Assembly (NCBI GenBank): GCA_014727915.1
Contig: WJMO01000006.1
Span: 32,001-96,000 of the forward strand
Length of the DNA: 64,000 nt
From: Candidatus Altiarchaeales archaeon
Lineage (GTDB): Archaea; Altiarchaeota; Altiarchaeia; IMC4; SCGC-AAA252-I15
Reading direction: 5' to 3'
Below are positions 37,306-46,055 of the stretch, piece after piece (position 1 is the first letter of the stretch; each line of letters opens with the position of its first letter). The notes beneath the pieces are model-generated. The model saw only the letters and a list, made by a program, of their open reading frames with translations. It searched no databases and was not told the origin of the DNA. Made by a program: the position numbers and the translations under genes.

Positions 37306-39350
37306 TTCCTAGGTCTTTCCCTGTCGTCCTGGCTCCTGATTATCTTCTCCAGCTGGTTGCTGACAGCCTGCCATTCCGCCCGGTCCTTCTCGCTCTCCAT
37401 CTTCTCCTTGACCACCTGTCGGGCGATGTTCATGTAGAACTGGTTACCTGCGAGCTGGCGTATCATGTCCCATCTCCTGTTTTCCAGCATGCTTACCATG
37501 TCATCGCGTGTCGGCTGCTTGTTCTGCTGGCCGGAGGGCTGTCTAGACGCCAGCTTGGGCTTTCCAGGCTCTAGGGGCGGGGCCTGTTCCGTCGGCTGCT
37601 GGAAGAATCCGGTCTTGTTCTGCGCGCCACCCTCACGCCTTAGGTCGGGCCTCATATACTTCACGCCACCCTGCTGTATGTGAACGTCCTGCCTCCCACC
37701 CACATGCATCGTATGGCCCCTTGGAGTTTCATCGTATGCTGTCTGGCGTTCGTCCCGGTCGGCTGTGCCTGCGGCCCGTGATTCTCCGCCTCCGCCCTCG
37801 AGTGTTGGCGCGCCCCTGCTCTTGGCCGTTTCGGCATATGATGATCCGCCGCCTACTGTCTTCTTGTCCAATGTGGTCCGTATCTCATCGCCGAATCCTC
37901 CGCCTCCCCTCTCTCCGCCGCCTAGGCCCCTTATCCTCCTAGCGGACTGTGAGGGCGTTTGGAATGTGGTGCCCGGCGCTGGAGCCTCGCCCTGTCCTTC
38001 GCCTCCTTGCCCCGGGCGCTGCTGCTGTTGCATGGACATGGCCGTGCGCCCGGTGCTGCCGAACACGGGACCGTAGCTGGTCCCTTCAGCCGGCAGCTGA
38101 CGTCTTGAACCCCCACCACCTGCTGAGGGGCTCCCACCTGTCGACCCCATGAAACCGCCTGAGGGGGCTGAGCCCAGCGCGCCGGCCCCTCCCCTGAGGC
38201 CGCTTTGATAACGCTCGTATGCCCTCATCCTCGTGAACTCGGCGTGCGCGAAGGGTAGTGCGCTGGCTCCCTGGCCTGCAAGCAGCCCCCCTACCGCGAC
38301 CATCCATGTCCTGCCTGACCCGAGGCCGACTGCTATGACCGCGTTCCCAAGCCAGGACATCAGCATCCCTGTGACGAACGGTGCTAAGACGAAGAAGCAG
38401 ATTCCTGCGACGACTATCATGCCCGCCAGGGAGTCGCTGATTATCTTTTGTATCGTCAGCGTGCCGCCTGTCATGACGAGGCCGTCCATGGAATCGGAAA
38501 GCGTCACTGTGAAAGCGAGTATGAGAGCCTGTAGTGCCGGGGCGAAAACCCATTTTAGGGATGCGTTGAACCATTTACGCCCGTATGGTTTCGTAATCTC
38601 GAATGAGTACAGGAAGAGTATCATGGGGAAGAACACGCCATAGAAGAAGACGAGCATGTTACGGACCCATACTATGATGGCTCCGAATAGTATGATGAGC
38701 GCGGATAGGTATGCGAAAATGCATGAGAGGGTGACCGAAACCGATCTTGACTTGGTCAGGCCTAAGGCTATCTTATCCGCCTTTTTGCGGACGTCGCCGA
38801 ACGGGCTTAGTTGCAGTGGCATTTTGAAGACGCCGAAGTTGACTTCCGGCTCATGGCCTTCCAGGAACATCCGGACTATCATCTCTGACAGCTCTATCAT
38901 CGCCTGGTAGATGAGGGGTGCGAGCGCGACCACGACCATGCCGAAGAGAAGGCGCAATAGCATGCTCCTGGCTCTCGCTCGACCGCGCGGGGATCCTGCT
39001 TTGATGACGAAGAACAGCCCTGTGAAGAGCATGGCGATAACGTAGAATGGAGCCATTATCCGGAACCACTGCTCTATCAGGACGTCGACTCCCATCTCGA
39101 CCTGGCAGCATCCCGGGCCGGGGTTAGTGGTGCAGGATGTTCCGGGAAGGCAGAACATCTGGGGGTTGTATGTGAGCTCTCCTATTATCACAGGCCATGT
39201 GATCGTTATGGCCAGCTGGGCGGGCAACATTATGACCGTGACCACGGCATCCCAAAGGTCGGACATCCCCAATGTTGCGGATACGGGGAGCGTCAGCTGC
39301 ATCATTATGATGGCCAATGCCATCAAGCATGTGAGCCTATTCTTTCTCAT
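37302..39350 (-). CDS. VirB6/TrbL-like polytopic membrane protein with Gly-rich tail
   Basis: Signal peptide, ~6-7 TM helices, 'FFPMILFLYSFEITKPYGRKW' and a long Gly/Gln-rich disordered C-terminus. Confidence 0.65.
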   Translation of the reverse strand: MRKNRLTCLMALAIIMMQLTLPVSATLGMSDLWDAVVTVIMLPAQLAITITWPVIIGELTYNPQMFCLPGTSCTTNPGPGCCQVEMGVDVLIEQWFRIMAPFYVIAMLFTGLFFVIKAGSPRGRARARSMLLRLLFGMVVVALAPLIYQAMIELSEMIVRMFLEGHEPEVNFGVFKMPLQLSPFGDVRKKADKIALGLTKSRSVSVTLSCIFAYLSALIILFGAIIVWVRNMLVFFYGVFFPMILFLYSFEITKPYGRKWFNASLKWVFAPALQALILAFTVTLSDSMDGLVMTGGTLTIQKIISDSLAGMIVVAGICFFVLAPFVTGMLMSWLGNAVIAVGLGSGRTWMVAVGGLLAGQGASALPFAHAEFTRMRAYERYQSGLRGGAGALGSAPSGGFMGSTGGSPSAGGGGSRRQLPAEGTSYGPVFGSTGRTAMSMQQQQRPGQGGEGQGEAPAPGTTFQTPSQSARRIRGLGGGERGGGGFGDEIRTTLDKKTVGGGSSYAETAKSRGAPTLEGGGGESRAAGTADRDERQTAYDETPRGHTMHVGGRQDVHIQQGGVKYMRPDLRREGGAQNKTGFFQQPTEQAPPLEPGKPKLASRQPSGQQNKQPTRDDMVSMLENRRWDMIRQLAGNQFYMNIARQVVKEKMESEKDRAEWQAVSNQLEKIIRSQDDRERPRK

Positions 39351-39798
39351 TATCGGCCTCCCGTTTACCGTGTTGTGTCATGAGGTCTTCACGGGCTTTC
39401 TCCGCTGCTGTTTTGAAAAGCATCCTTATGCGGCGTTCGTCGTATCCTGCATCTATCATCTTGGCCCAGATACCCTCGCCCTCTGCCTTCAGTTCCTTTC
39501 CTTTGGCGTGTTCCCCGGCTGCCCTGTCGTAAAGCTCCAGAGGAAGGGTGAAACCGCATTTTCCGCATATGTAGTTTTCGCCCTTGAGCACGAGGGTGTC
39601 CCTGCAGGCTGGGCACTGGTTCTCCTCAAAGACCTTTACCCAGTCGATGGTCAGGTGGGGGTCCCTCACCCGGGCTCCGTATTTGTGCTCTACAACATGC
39701 CAGTAGATGTCCTCGTGGGCGGTGTCTGAGACGCGGTGTAGGTACCGCCTTCTGAAGTGGTCTATCGCCTCCCGTTCAAGGTCTTCTTCTTTCGCCAT
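39337..39798 (-). CDS. Zinc-ribbon protein in the T4SS-like locus
   Basis: 'CPACRDTLVLKGENYICGKCGF'; GGTGAG upstream of the ATG. Confidence 0.65.
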   Translation of the reverse strand: MAKEEDLEREAIDHFRRRYLHRVSDTAHEDIYWHVVEHKYGARVRDPHLTIDWVKVFEENQCPACRDTLVLKGENYICGKCGFTLPLELYDRAAGEHAKGKELKAEGEGIWAKMIDAGYDERRIRMLFKTAAEKAREDLMTQHGKREADNEKE

Positions 39799-39808
39799 TC
39801 TCACCGTA

Positions 39809-42800
39809 TTATATTTGTGCGTGGGCTCTTAGCCATTCCCGGGTCGTCTCGTACTCGTTGATGGAGTTGATATCATGGACTGGGACGTTGTTGGCGTCTG
39901 TTGCGTTCACACGGGCCTGTATGTCCGCCCGCATCTGCTGTAGCTGCTGTGCTTGGGCGGGGGTCATCTGCCCGCCGTATTGTCCTTCGAAGTATTCTGA
40001 CAGGACCGAAAGCCGTGCCATGTTCATAGCGTCCTGGCGTGAGCCGTCGTATGTGGTCGCAGTCCTCTGGGAACGTTCGACCCACCTTTCCATCGCGGTT
40101 CCCAGGTCGTCGGGGCTTTGGTCTATGTCTACCATGCACCTCTCGTCCGCGCCGAATTCCCGCATAGTGTCTTCCATGTTGGGCTGTCCGAGGTCCCATC
40201 TGACGCCTTCCCACGCGAGCTCCGCCCTGCTCCTGCTCCAGCCCTGGGCCGACATCTGCCTTTGTATGTACTCCTCCCTCGAAGTCTCCATGTTGGACTG
40301 CAGGCTTCTTTCCGCGGGGCTGTGACCTAGTTCGTGGGCCAGGTCCACAGACCCCAGAGTTTCAAGGTATTCGCGCATGTTGCCCTGGAATACCCGCTGC
40401 TGGTCCTGGAGGCTCAATCCTTCGGGTATCTGGCCGTGTGTCTGCCTAACCATGTGGGCGAGGTTCACCTGCAGGTTGACTCCGTTGTCTGACGCCAGGT
40501 TCACCCCGTGGCCGGTGCGCTCTATAAGCATGGAGTTCCCGTCTGATTCGTCATAGTATAGTTGTAGGTTGTGGAGGCTCATGTTGCCACCGTACTGTTG
40601 GAATGACTGCCACATCCGCGTTTTGATGGCTTGCAGGTCTGCGTCGGTCAGGCCTGCCTGGTCAGCCATTTCAAGCTCCTGCTTGCTGAAGTGTATGTTG
40701 GCGTCCGCTTCCGCCATCATCCGCCGGGCATCGTCCGCGTCCGATCCTATGCCGTACTCTGTGTGCAGGGATTCCGCGATGCTGGTCCGGTATGCGGTGG
40801 CCCGGGCCTGCATCTGCTTCTTGTATTCGCTGTGCTTCCGCTTCCTCATCTCTATGAAGGCACTCTGCAACTGGGCTTCGTTCATGGACATTATGGCATT
40901 CGCGTTCCCGGGGTCTTCCGAGAGCATGTAGTTGCGCACGTCCTCGGCGGAGATTGGTCCGGCGTGTTCGCTTGGCATGCCCAGCGCCAGGTCGGAGATG
41001 TTGTCCCTTGTGGCGAGCATCGCCGCGACCGGGGTTTGCATCTCGGTCTTCCAGTTCGGGCCGGCGTCCTCGTATCTCCACTCCCCGAAGTGCCGGTAGG
41101 CGCGGTATTGGAGCTCAAGCTGTCCGCTGGCGTTCAGCCTCGCGCCAACTACCTTCCGGGGTATGGGAGCCCTGTAGCTCAGCGGGTCCACGGCAGTCAG
41201 GTTGAGAGCGTCATAGTCGACGTCCTGGCCTGCCTGGAGCTGGGATACTAGAGATGATACCTTAGCCTGTACCTGGGGGTCCTGCTGGTTCATCAGCATG
41301 TCCGCCGAGGTCCACTCACGAACTCTCGCGACCGCCACCCTGTCGCCGTCTATCACGTATACGCCGTTGCCCACCAGGGCGACCGGGGTTTCCACTCCGA
41401 ACTCGTCTCTCACATTGATGGCTTGGGCGCCGACCTTCTGGCTCTCATTGACCCTCACAAGCTCCACACCCTCTACTTCGGCTTCTGCCTCATGCGCTAT
41501 CGCGCCGTCCGCAGGCCGGCCGTATTCGTCTGTGTCTTCGAACTGCCAGAACTTGAGCCTCCGCGTCTGCCCGAACTCGTACCTGTGGAGTTCGTCGGCG
41601 GCCCAGTCGTCCCGGCCCATCATCTTGGACAGGTAGGGCATGTCGAAGTGGCTCATGTATACGCCTCCCTCGCCGTCGCGCTGGAGGTTAAGGTTCTTGG
41701 TGCGGGCCTTCACTATCGCCTCGTCATAGCTCATGCCGCCCATGACCATCGCCGCGACATAGTCTGCCTGGTATCGGTATTCCATCTTCCTCGCTGCGGA
41801 AGCGTATTTTCCTTCCAGTTTCATGAACCTGCGCCTGCGCATCTTCCCGTCCCGTTCGGTGAAGAGCACGCCGTCTGTGACGTTGGCTCCTGATGCTGCG
41901 GCGGCCTGCTGGGCTTCCGAGTAGTTGTTCCTCCTGAAGAGCCTCTGGTCATCAAGCGATGTTATGCCCATGTTCTTCATCGCGACTACGTCCAAGAACG
42001 CTCCCTTGTCCAGGCCCGCGACCAGAGCATGGTATTGGCTGGGGTCGGATTGTTTCATTGTCTCGAGAGCCTGCTCGTCCGCGACCTGGCCCGTCAACAG
42101 CAGCGCCCGGTCTGCGGTGCCCAAGAATTCCTTCTCGCCTTCTGTCCGGTTTGCGGGAGCCTTTGCCCAGCACTGGCTCCCACGGCACTGGTCCCATGAC
42201 TTGTCTGCTTCTTTGACGTTTACTAGGTGGTCTTTGTCCATGCCCTCTCCCGTCACCACGCTCCGCTCCAGGTACTTCTTCTTCAGGTTGGGTGGCATGG
42301 CATCGAGGTGGGTGAAGTAGGATTGGCGGTCTATGTTCCCGGCTATGGGCGTGCCTATGTAGTTCATCATGTCCAGCGTCCGGAACATGCTCTCCTCCAT
42401 CGTGGCCATCTCAGACCTCCATTCAGCAAGCTTTTGCGTGTTCCTGTCCGCTGGGTCTTTGGCTTCCTCGCGCTCCGCTGCGGCTTCCAGTTCGCGGTGG
42501 TGGGCCTTGTAGAATGACATCTGAGCGGACCATTTGCTGCGCCAGTACATCTGCCTCAGGCTCAACCCCATCATCCCCCTCCCAAGCCATACCGCATAGG
42601 GCTGTATCTCCGAGGGTAGGTGGGATGTGGCGAATGAGGCCAGTATCCTTCCCACAGCACGGACCGGCATGAACGGGCTTATGGGCCTCATGGACCATAG
42701 TAGCCTGCCAACTCCCTTGGCAACGTCGGCCAGGCCCTGGCCAACCGACTGTCCCGCACCCTCATAGAGTGTCTTTAATCCCCTTCCTAGGTCTGCCATC

Positions 42801-44806
42801 CCGTCGAATGCGGTGTCAACCCGGTTTCGTATGTTAAGGGCTGGCAGTATCCCTGCTATAGTCTCGCTTGACTTGTACTCTCCCTCTGTGCCGCGTGTGC
42901 TGGTGAAGTCCTCGTCCGCTGATACGGGGGCTCCCTTCTTGCTTACGCCCTCTCCGAACCTGTCGAATGCGGGAAGCCTTGAGGACATGGACCTGGGTTC
43001 CTGGCCGCGGGCAGCTCCGATGTCGTGTTCGGTGTGTAGTAACGCGCCTGGACGTGCTTCTCCCATCATAGATGAGGATACGCCTGTGGACCCCATACCA
43101 TGCCCTGGCCTCCTGACGCCGCCGACGACTCCGCCGGGAGCTCCCACCTGGGGTGTGCCGTAGATGCCACCTGCGGACTTTTCCCGCCAGTACCGTTGGC
43201 TGTCAGCTCCCTGAGACCGGAACACCTGCCCCAATCCCTTGAAGAAGCCGACGTTTGACGGCTGGCGTGGGGTGCTACTCCCTGTGAATGTGTCTCGCAC
43301 GTCACTCCAGCCGGGCCATATTCCCCTGCTGGCCATTCCATCCCGGCTCATCATGCTGGCCTGTGTGGCCGCGGTCACTATGCCTGACGACCCGGCGCCG
43401 GTCAGCCCACTGCCCAACGCTATCATGCTGAAGCTCTTCCAGAAGTCGGTCCTCGTGTTAGCTGCGACCATGTTGGTCATGCCGGAGGCTGCCATCGCGC
43501 CCCCGATCCACTTCATCAATTGGGTCATGAACAGGGGTATGACGAGCATGCAGAGGCATCCTGCCATGAAAACGAACAACGCCAGTATCTTGCCCATTAT
43601 GTTCTCCCCCACGGATATCATAACGCCGCTTGGGGTTGCAGCCTTCACCTTAGGGGAGAGTTTGTGTATGCTACTCCTGTCAATGGCACTTGAGGGGCTG
43701 TAGGGTTCGTAGTATTTGTTGACTGCCACCATCGAGTCCGTGCTGAAACTGACGAGGCTCATCGTAGCAAGCAGTGTTACCGAGAAGACGAGAGCTATGA
43801 CTGGGCCCATGAATATCCAGGTCAGTGTCTTCATCAGCAGGTTGCCGCCGAAGCTCCTTGTGTACTCGAAGAAGTAGAGGAACAGTGTGAAGGGGAATAT
43901 TAGGTAGAAGAGTATTATCAGGGCCCATCTTATGAAGAGCAGCATTACCACCATCACTAGGAATGCCGCAACCCACCATAGTAGGAAGAGCCCAACCCCG
44001 AAGTAAAGCATTATCAGTATGATACCGCCGAAGACGAGCACTATGTATGCCATGGCCGAGGAGCCTCCCTGGCTACCCGCCACCAGCTCGTAGGTGTCGT
44101 CGAATATCTGGTTGGATATCCCGTTGGCTAGGTCGTCGTTGAGGAATATGTATATGTGCTTCGAGACGCCGATCACGATTATCGCGACTATGAGCTTGGT
44201 GAGCATGTCCTTGGCCCTCGCCCTCTGACCCGGGTCTATGGATGAGAAGAGGAGGTAGGCGGCCGTCACCAGTATCTGTATGAATAGGAAGGGCATAACG
44301 AGCCGCAGCATAAGGCCGTATAGTGAGTCGTAGTAGTCCCAGCTGGGCTGGAACTGTATTCCCAGCTTCAAAAGCCAGACAAGGCCGCCGATAAGGTATT
44401 CCAATGCCTTGCCTATCCAACCCATCACCTCCTCCCATACGATCCCGGCCAGAGCCTTCAACATGGGGTTCTGGAACAGGCAGTCGACACCCAGCACATA
44501 TGGGGCGGTGGCCATCTTGTCCACGCGCCACCAGTTCTCGCCCACCGGCCATCCACCCGACTCGTAGTCTATTATTTTCTCCTTCTTCCCGTATTCGGTA
44601 ACAGCCCTCTCATAGCAGTCATACCAGTCTGTGACGACCTGGCTGGTGGTCTCGGCGGTGTCTCGGACGTTCTTCATGAAGAAATATTTGTAGCCCTCCC
44701 ATGTGATGTCGTCCAGGGAGAAGGGGGCGCTGGAAACGAGAGGGGAGAGGATGAAAGATGCTAAAACCAGGGATGCCAGCATCAGTTTTATCCTTCGGAG
44801 GTTCAT
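39809..44806 (-). CDS. Giant VirB6/TrbL-like membrane protein (1665 aa) with >1100-aa C-terminal extension
   Basis: N-terminal ~480 aa polytopic and paralogous to 37302-39350 ('IFPFTLFLYFFEYTRSFGGNL'); Gly-rich linker; large soluble region containing HELGH. Confidence 0.65.
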   Translation of the reverse strand: MNLRRIKLMLASLVLASFILSPLVSSAPFSLDDITWEGYKYFFMKNVRDTAETTSQVVTDWYDCYERAVTEYGKKEKIIDYESGGWPVGENWWRVDKMATAPYVLGVDCLFQNPMLKALAGIVWEEVMGWIGKALEYLIGGLVWLLKLGIQFQPSWDYYDSLYGLMLRLVMPFLFIQILVTAAYLLFSSIDPGQRARAKDMLTKLIVAIIVIGVSKHIYIFLNDDLANGISNQIFDDTYELVAGSQGGSSAMAYIVLVFGGIILIMLYFGVGLFLLWWVAAFLVMVVMLLFIRWALIILFYLIFPFTLFLYFFEYTRSFGGNLLMKTLTWIFMGPVIALVFSVTLLATMSLVSFSTDSMVAVNKYYEPYSPSSAIDRSSIHKLSPKVKAATPSGVMISVGENIMGKILALFVFMAGCLCMLVIPLFMTQLMKWIGGAMAASGMTNMVAANTRTDFWKSFSMIALGSGLTGAGSSGIVTAATQASMMSRDGMASRGIWPGWSDVRDTFTGSSTPRQPSNVGFFKGLGQVFRSQGADSQRYWREKSAGGIYGTPQVGAPGGVVGGVRRPGHGMGSTGVSSSMMGEARPGALLHTEHDIGAARGQEPRSMSSRLPAFDRFGEGVSKKGAPVSADEDFTSTRGTEGEYKSSETIAGILPALNIRNRVDTAFDGMADLGRGLKTLYEGAGQSVGQGLADVAKGVGRLLWSMRPISPFMPVRAVGRILASFATSHLPSEIQPYAVWLGRGMMGLSLRQMYWRSKWSAQMSFYKAHHRELEAAAEREEAKDPADRNTQKLAEWRSEMATMEESMFRTLDMMNYIGTPIAGNIDRQSYFTHLDAMPPNLKKKYLERSVVTGEGMDKDHLVNVKEADKSWDQCRGSQCWAKAPANRTEGEKEFLGTADRALLLTGQVADEQALETMKQSDPSQYHALVAGLDKGAFLDVVAMKNMGITSLDDQRLFRRNNYSEAQQAAAASGANVTDGVLFTERDGKMRRRRFMKLEGKYASAARKMEYRYQADYVAAMVMGGMSYDEAIVKARTKNLNLQRDGEGGVYMSHFDMPYLSKMMGRDDWAADELHRYEFGQTRRLKFWQFEDTDEYGRPADGAIAHEAEAEVEGVELVRVNESQKVGAQAINVRDEFGVETPVALVGNGVYVIDGDRVAVARVREWTSADMLMNQQDPQVQAKVSSLVSQLQAGQDVDYDALNLTAVDPLSYRAPIPRKVVGARLNASGQLELQYRAYRHFGEWRYEDAGPNWKTEMQTPVAAMLATRDNISDLALGMPSEHAGPISAEDVRNYMLSEDPGNANAIMSMNEAQLQSAFIEMRKRKHSEYKKQMQARATAYRTSIAESLHTEYGIGSDADDARRMMAEADANIHFSKQELEMADQAGLTDADLQAIKTRMWQSFQQYGGNMSLHNLQLYYDESDGNSMLIERTGHGVNLASDNGVNLQVNLAHMVRQTHGQIPEGLSLQDQQRVFQGNMREYLETLGSVDLAHELGHSPAERSLQSNMETSREEYIQRQMSAQGWSRSRAELAWEGVRWDLGQPNMEDTMREFGADERCMVDIDQSPDDLGTAMERWVERSQRTATTYDGSRQDAMNMARLSVLSEYFEGQYGGQMTPAQAQQLQQMRADIQARVNATDANNVPVHDINSINEYETTREWLRAHAQI

Positions 44807-45028
44807 CTTCGGGAGTGTGAGTAGGGTATAATATACTATTATAAAGAAATAAGAAAAGAAAGATCCTCATATCAGGTCATGTGATATTGTGGGGGCTGGT
44901 TCCTTTCATAGAGTTTTTTTGGCGGGCGGATCGTTTGATATCAGCCAGGCCAAGATGTTGATGTCTATCGTCTCATGCCCGGGGGATGGGCAGGTTAACA
45001 GCCGTGCAATATTATTTGGTTTCATAAG

Positions 45029-45064
45029 AAAAAAAAGGTAGGTGGCCGGTTTTTTGACCGGCAC
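45029..45064 (-). terminator. Hairpin plus T8 terminator downstream of the stand-alone pilin
   Basis: GCCGGT (45045-45050)/ACCGGC (45057-45062) stem, followed on the minus strand by T8 (A-run 45029-45036). Confidence 0.55.
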
Positions 45065-45070
45065 ATTGCC

Positions 45071-45421
45071 CTAGGGGTTTGCGTATATTCCACCACAGCC
45101 CTGAGCGTTTGAGATCACTAGAGCAACTAGCCACACTGCAGCAAGGACTATGACTATACCGACTACCGCATGGATAATACCCTGCTTAGCCTGCTTCCTT
45201 GCTCCTGGGTCTTCAGCTGACCCAATCCACTTGATACCCTGTAGAGCTACGACAACAACGCCGACTCCACCGGCTATCGCGACCAACAACCACTTGATGT
45301 TGGACAGAACAGTGCAGATTACGTCTCTTGCACTCTCAGCTCCTGATGCCTGCGCAGACACGAAGCTGGCAACCATCAAGAGCGCTAGGGCCACTACAAA
45401 TAGTGTCCTAAACTTTTTCAT
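45071..45421 (-). CDS. VirB2/TrbC-like pilin (candidate major pilin)
   Basis: Signal peptide, 'IKWIGSAEDPGARKQAKQGIIHAVVGIVI', strong GAGGTGA SD, own promoter and terminator. Confidence 0.75.
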   Translation of the reverse strand: MKKFRTLFVVALALLMVASFVSAQASGAESARDVICTVLSNIKWLLVAIAGGVGVVVVALQGIKWIGSAEDPGARKQAKQGIIHAVVGIVIVLAAVWLVALVISNAQGCGGIYANP

Positions 45422-45489
45422 GTTTTTTCACCTCATTAGATAAGGTATGATAATTATTTGAAAATAACCATTTATAAGTATAAAATAAG

Positions 45490-45505
45490 TGTATACATGT
45501 ATACA
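45490..45505. promoter_or_regulatory. Perfect 16-bp palindrome TGTATACATGTATACA upstream of the pilin promoter
   Basis: Read directly; two tandem TGTATACA units just upstream of TATA-like CTTATAAA/TTTTATAC on the minus strand. Confidence 0.6.
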
Positions 45506-45559
45506 AAAGGTTGTCGGGTTTGTTATTGTGTTAAAAAGAGGATAAAAAAGACAGTGTTC

Positions 45560-45862
45560 CTATTTGAGTTCTACCAGATTGCCGTATGGGAACCATGGCT
45601 TGCTGGTGGCTTCGACGAGCAGGTCAAATGTTGTCTGCCGAGGCAGCTTACCGGTCTCTACGAACTCTATGAACTCTGCCTCCTGGCCATATGCAAAAAG
45701 AAGGGCGTATTTTATAAGTTGAGTCTGGCTTATTCGTATGTTCTTGCTCTTCAGCAGATGGTAGTTAATGGTCTTTATTATTGTCAGGGTCTCATCGTCG
45801 ACCCTCTGAGTCGTGGATCTGGAGCCTCCCGGTTTCCCGCTCTTCTTACCCATAGCTACCAT
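45560..45862 (-). CDS. Small ribbon-helix-helix-like DNA-binding protein
   Basis: 'STTQRVDDETLTIIKTI...RISQTQLIKYAL' fits the beta-strand/helix/helix RHH pattern. Confidence 0.5.
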   Translation of the reverse strand: MVAMGKKSGKPGGSRSTTQRVDDETLTIIKTINYHLLKSKNIRISQTQLIKYALLFAYGQEAEFIEFVETGKLPRQTTFDLLVEATSKPWFPYGNLVELK

Positions 45863-45912
45863 AAATAAAGAGGATATTTTTTAATATATAAGCAAATATA
45901 TTCTTGTCTACA

Positions 45913-46032
45913 ATGAAAGTCGAGATAAGGGATGACATAACCCAGAGGGACATATTACAATTCCTCGGGCTCATATTATTCCTCATATTCTGGACGTGGT
46001 TCGTCTTCTACAGCGGCTTCATATTAAGATAG
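45913..46032 (+). CDS. Small single-TM protein (39 aa, not in ORF track)
   Basis: MKVEIRDDITQRDILQFLGLILFLIFWTWFVFYSGFILR*; AT-rich TATA-like region upstream. Confidence 0.5.
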   Translation: MKVEIRDDITQRDILQFLGLILFLIFWTWFVFYSGFILR

Positions 46033-46055
46033 GCAATTGCGCATCCTGAGCCAAC

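Noticed and set aside
44906-45025. 39-codon minus-strand ORF between the pilin terminator and the giant VirB6-like gene
   Set aside because: Begins right after the terminator, with no SD, motif or TM character; likely spurious
31208-45421. Type IV pili/archaellum (class III signal peptide pilins)
   Set aside because: Pilins have a signal peptide plus a two-TM hairpin of VirB2 type; no PilB/FlaI ATPase or TadC/FlaJ platform is present
31208-45862. Integrated conjugative element or provirus
   Set aside because: No integrase, relaxase, rep gene, tRNA target or flanking direct repeats seen, and it is tightly joined to sepS; genes elsewhere in the genome cannot be excluded
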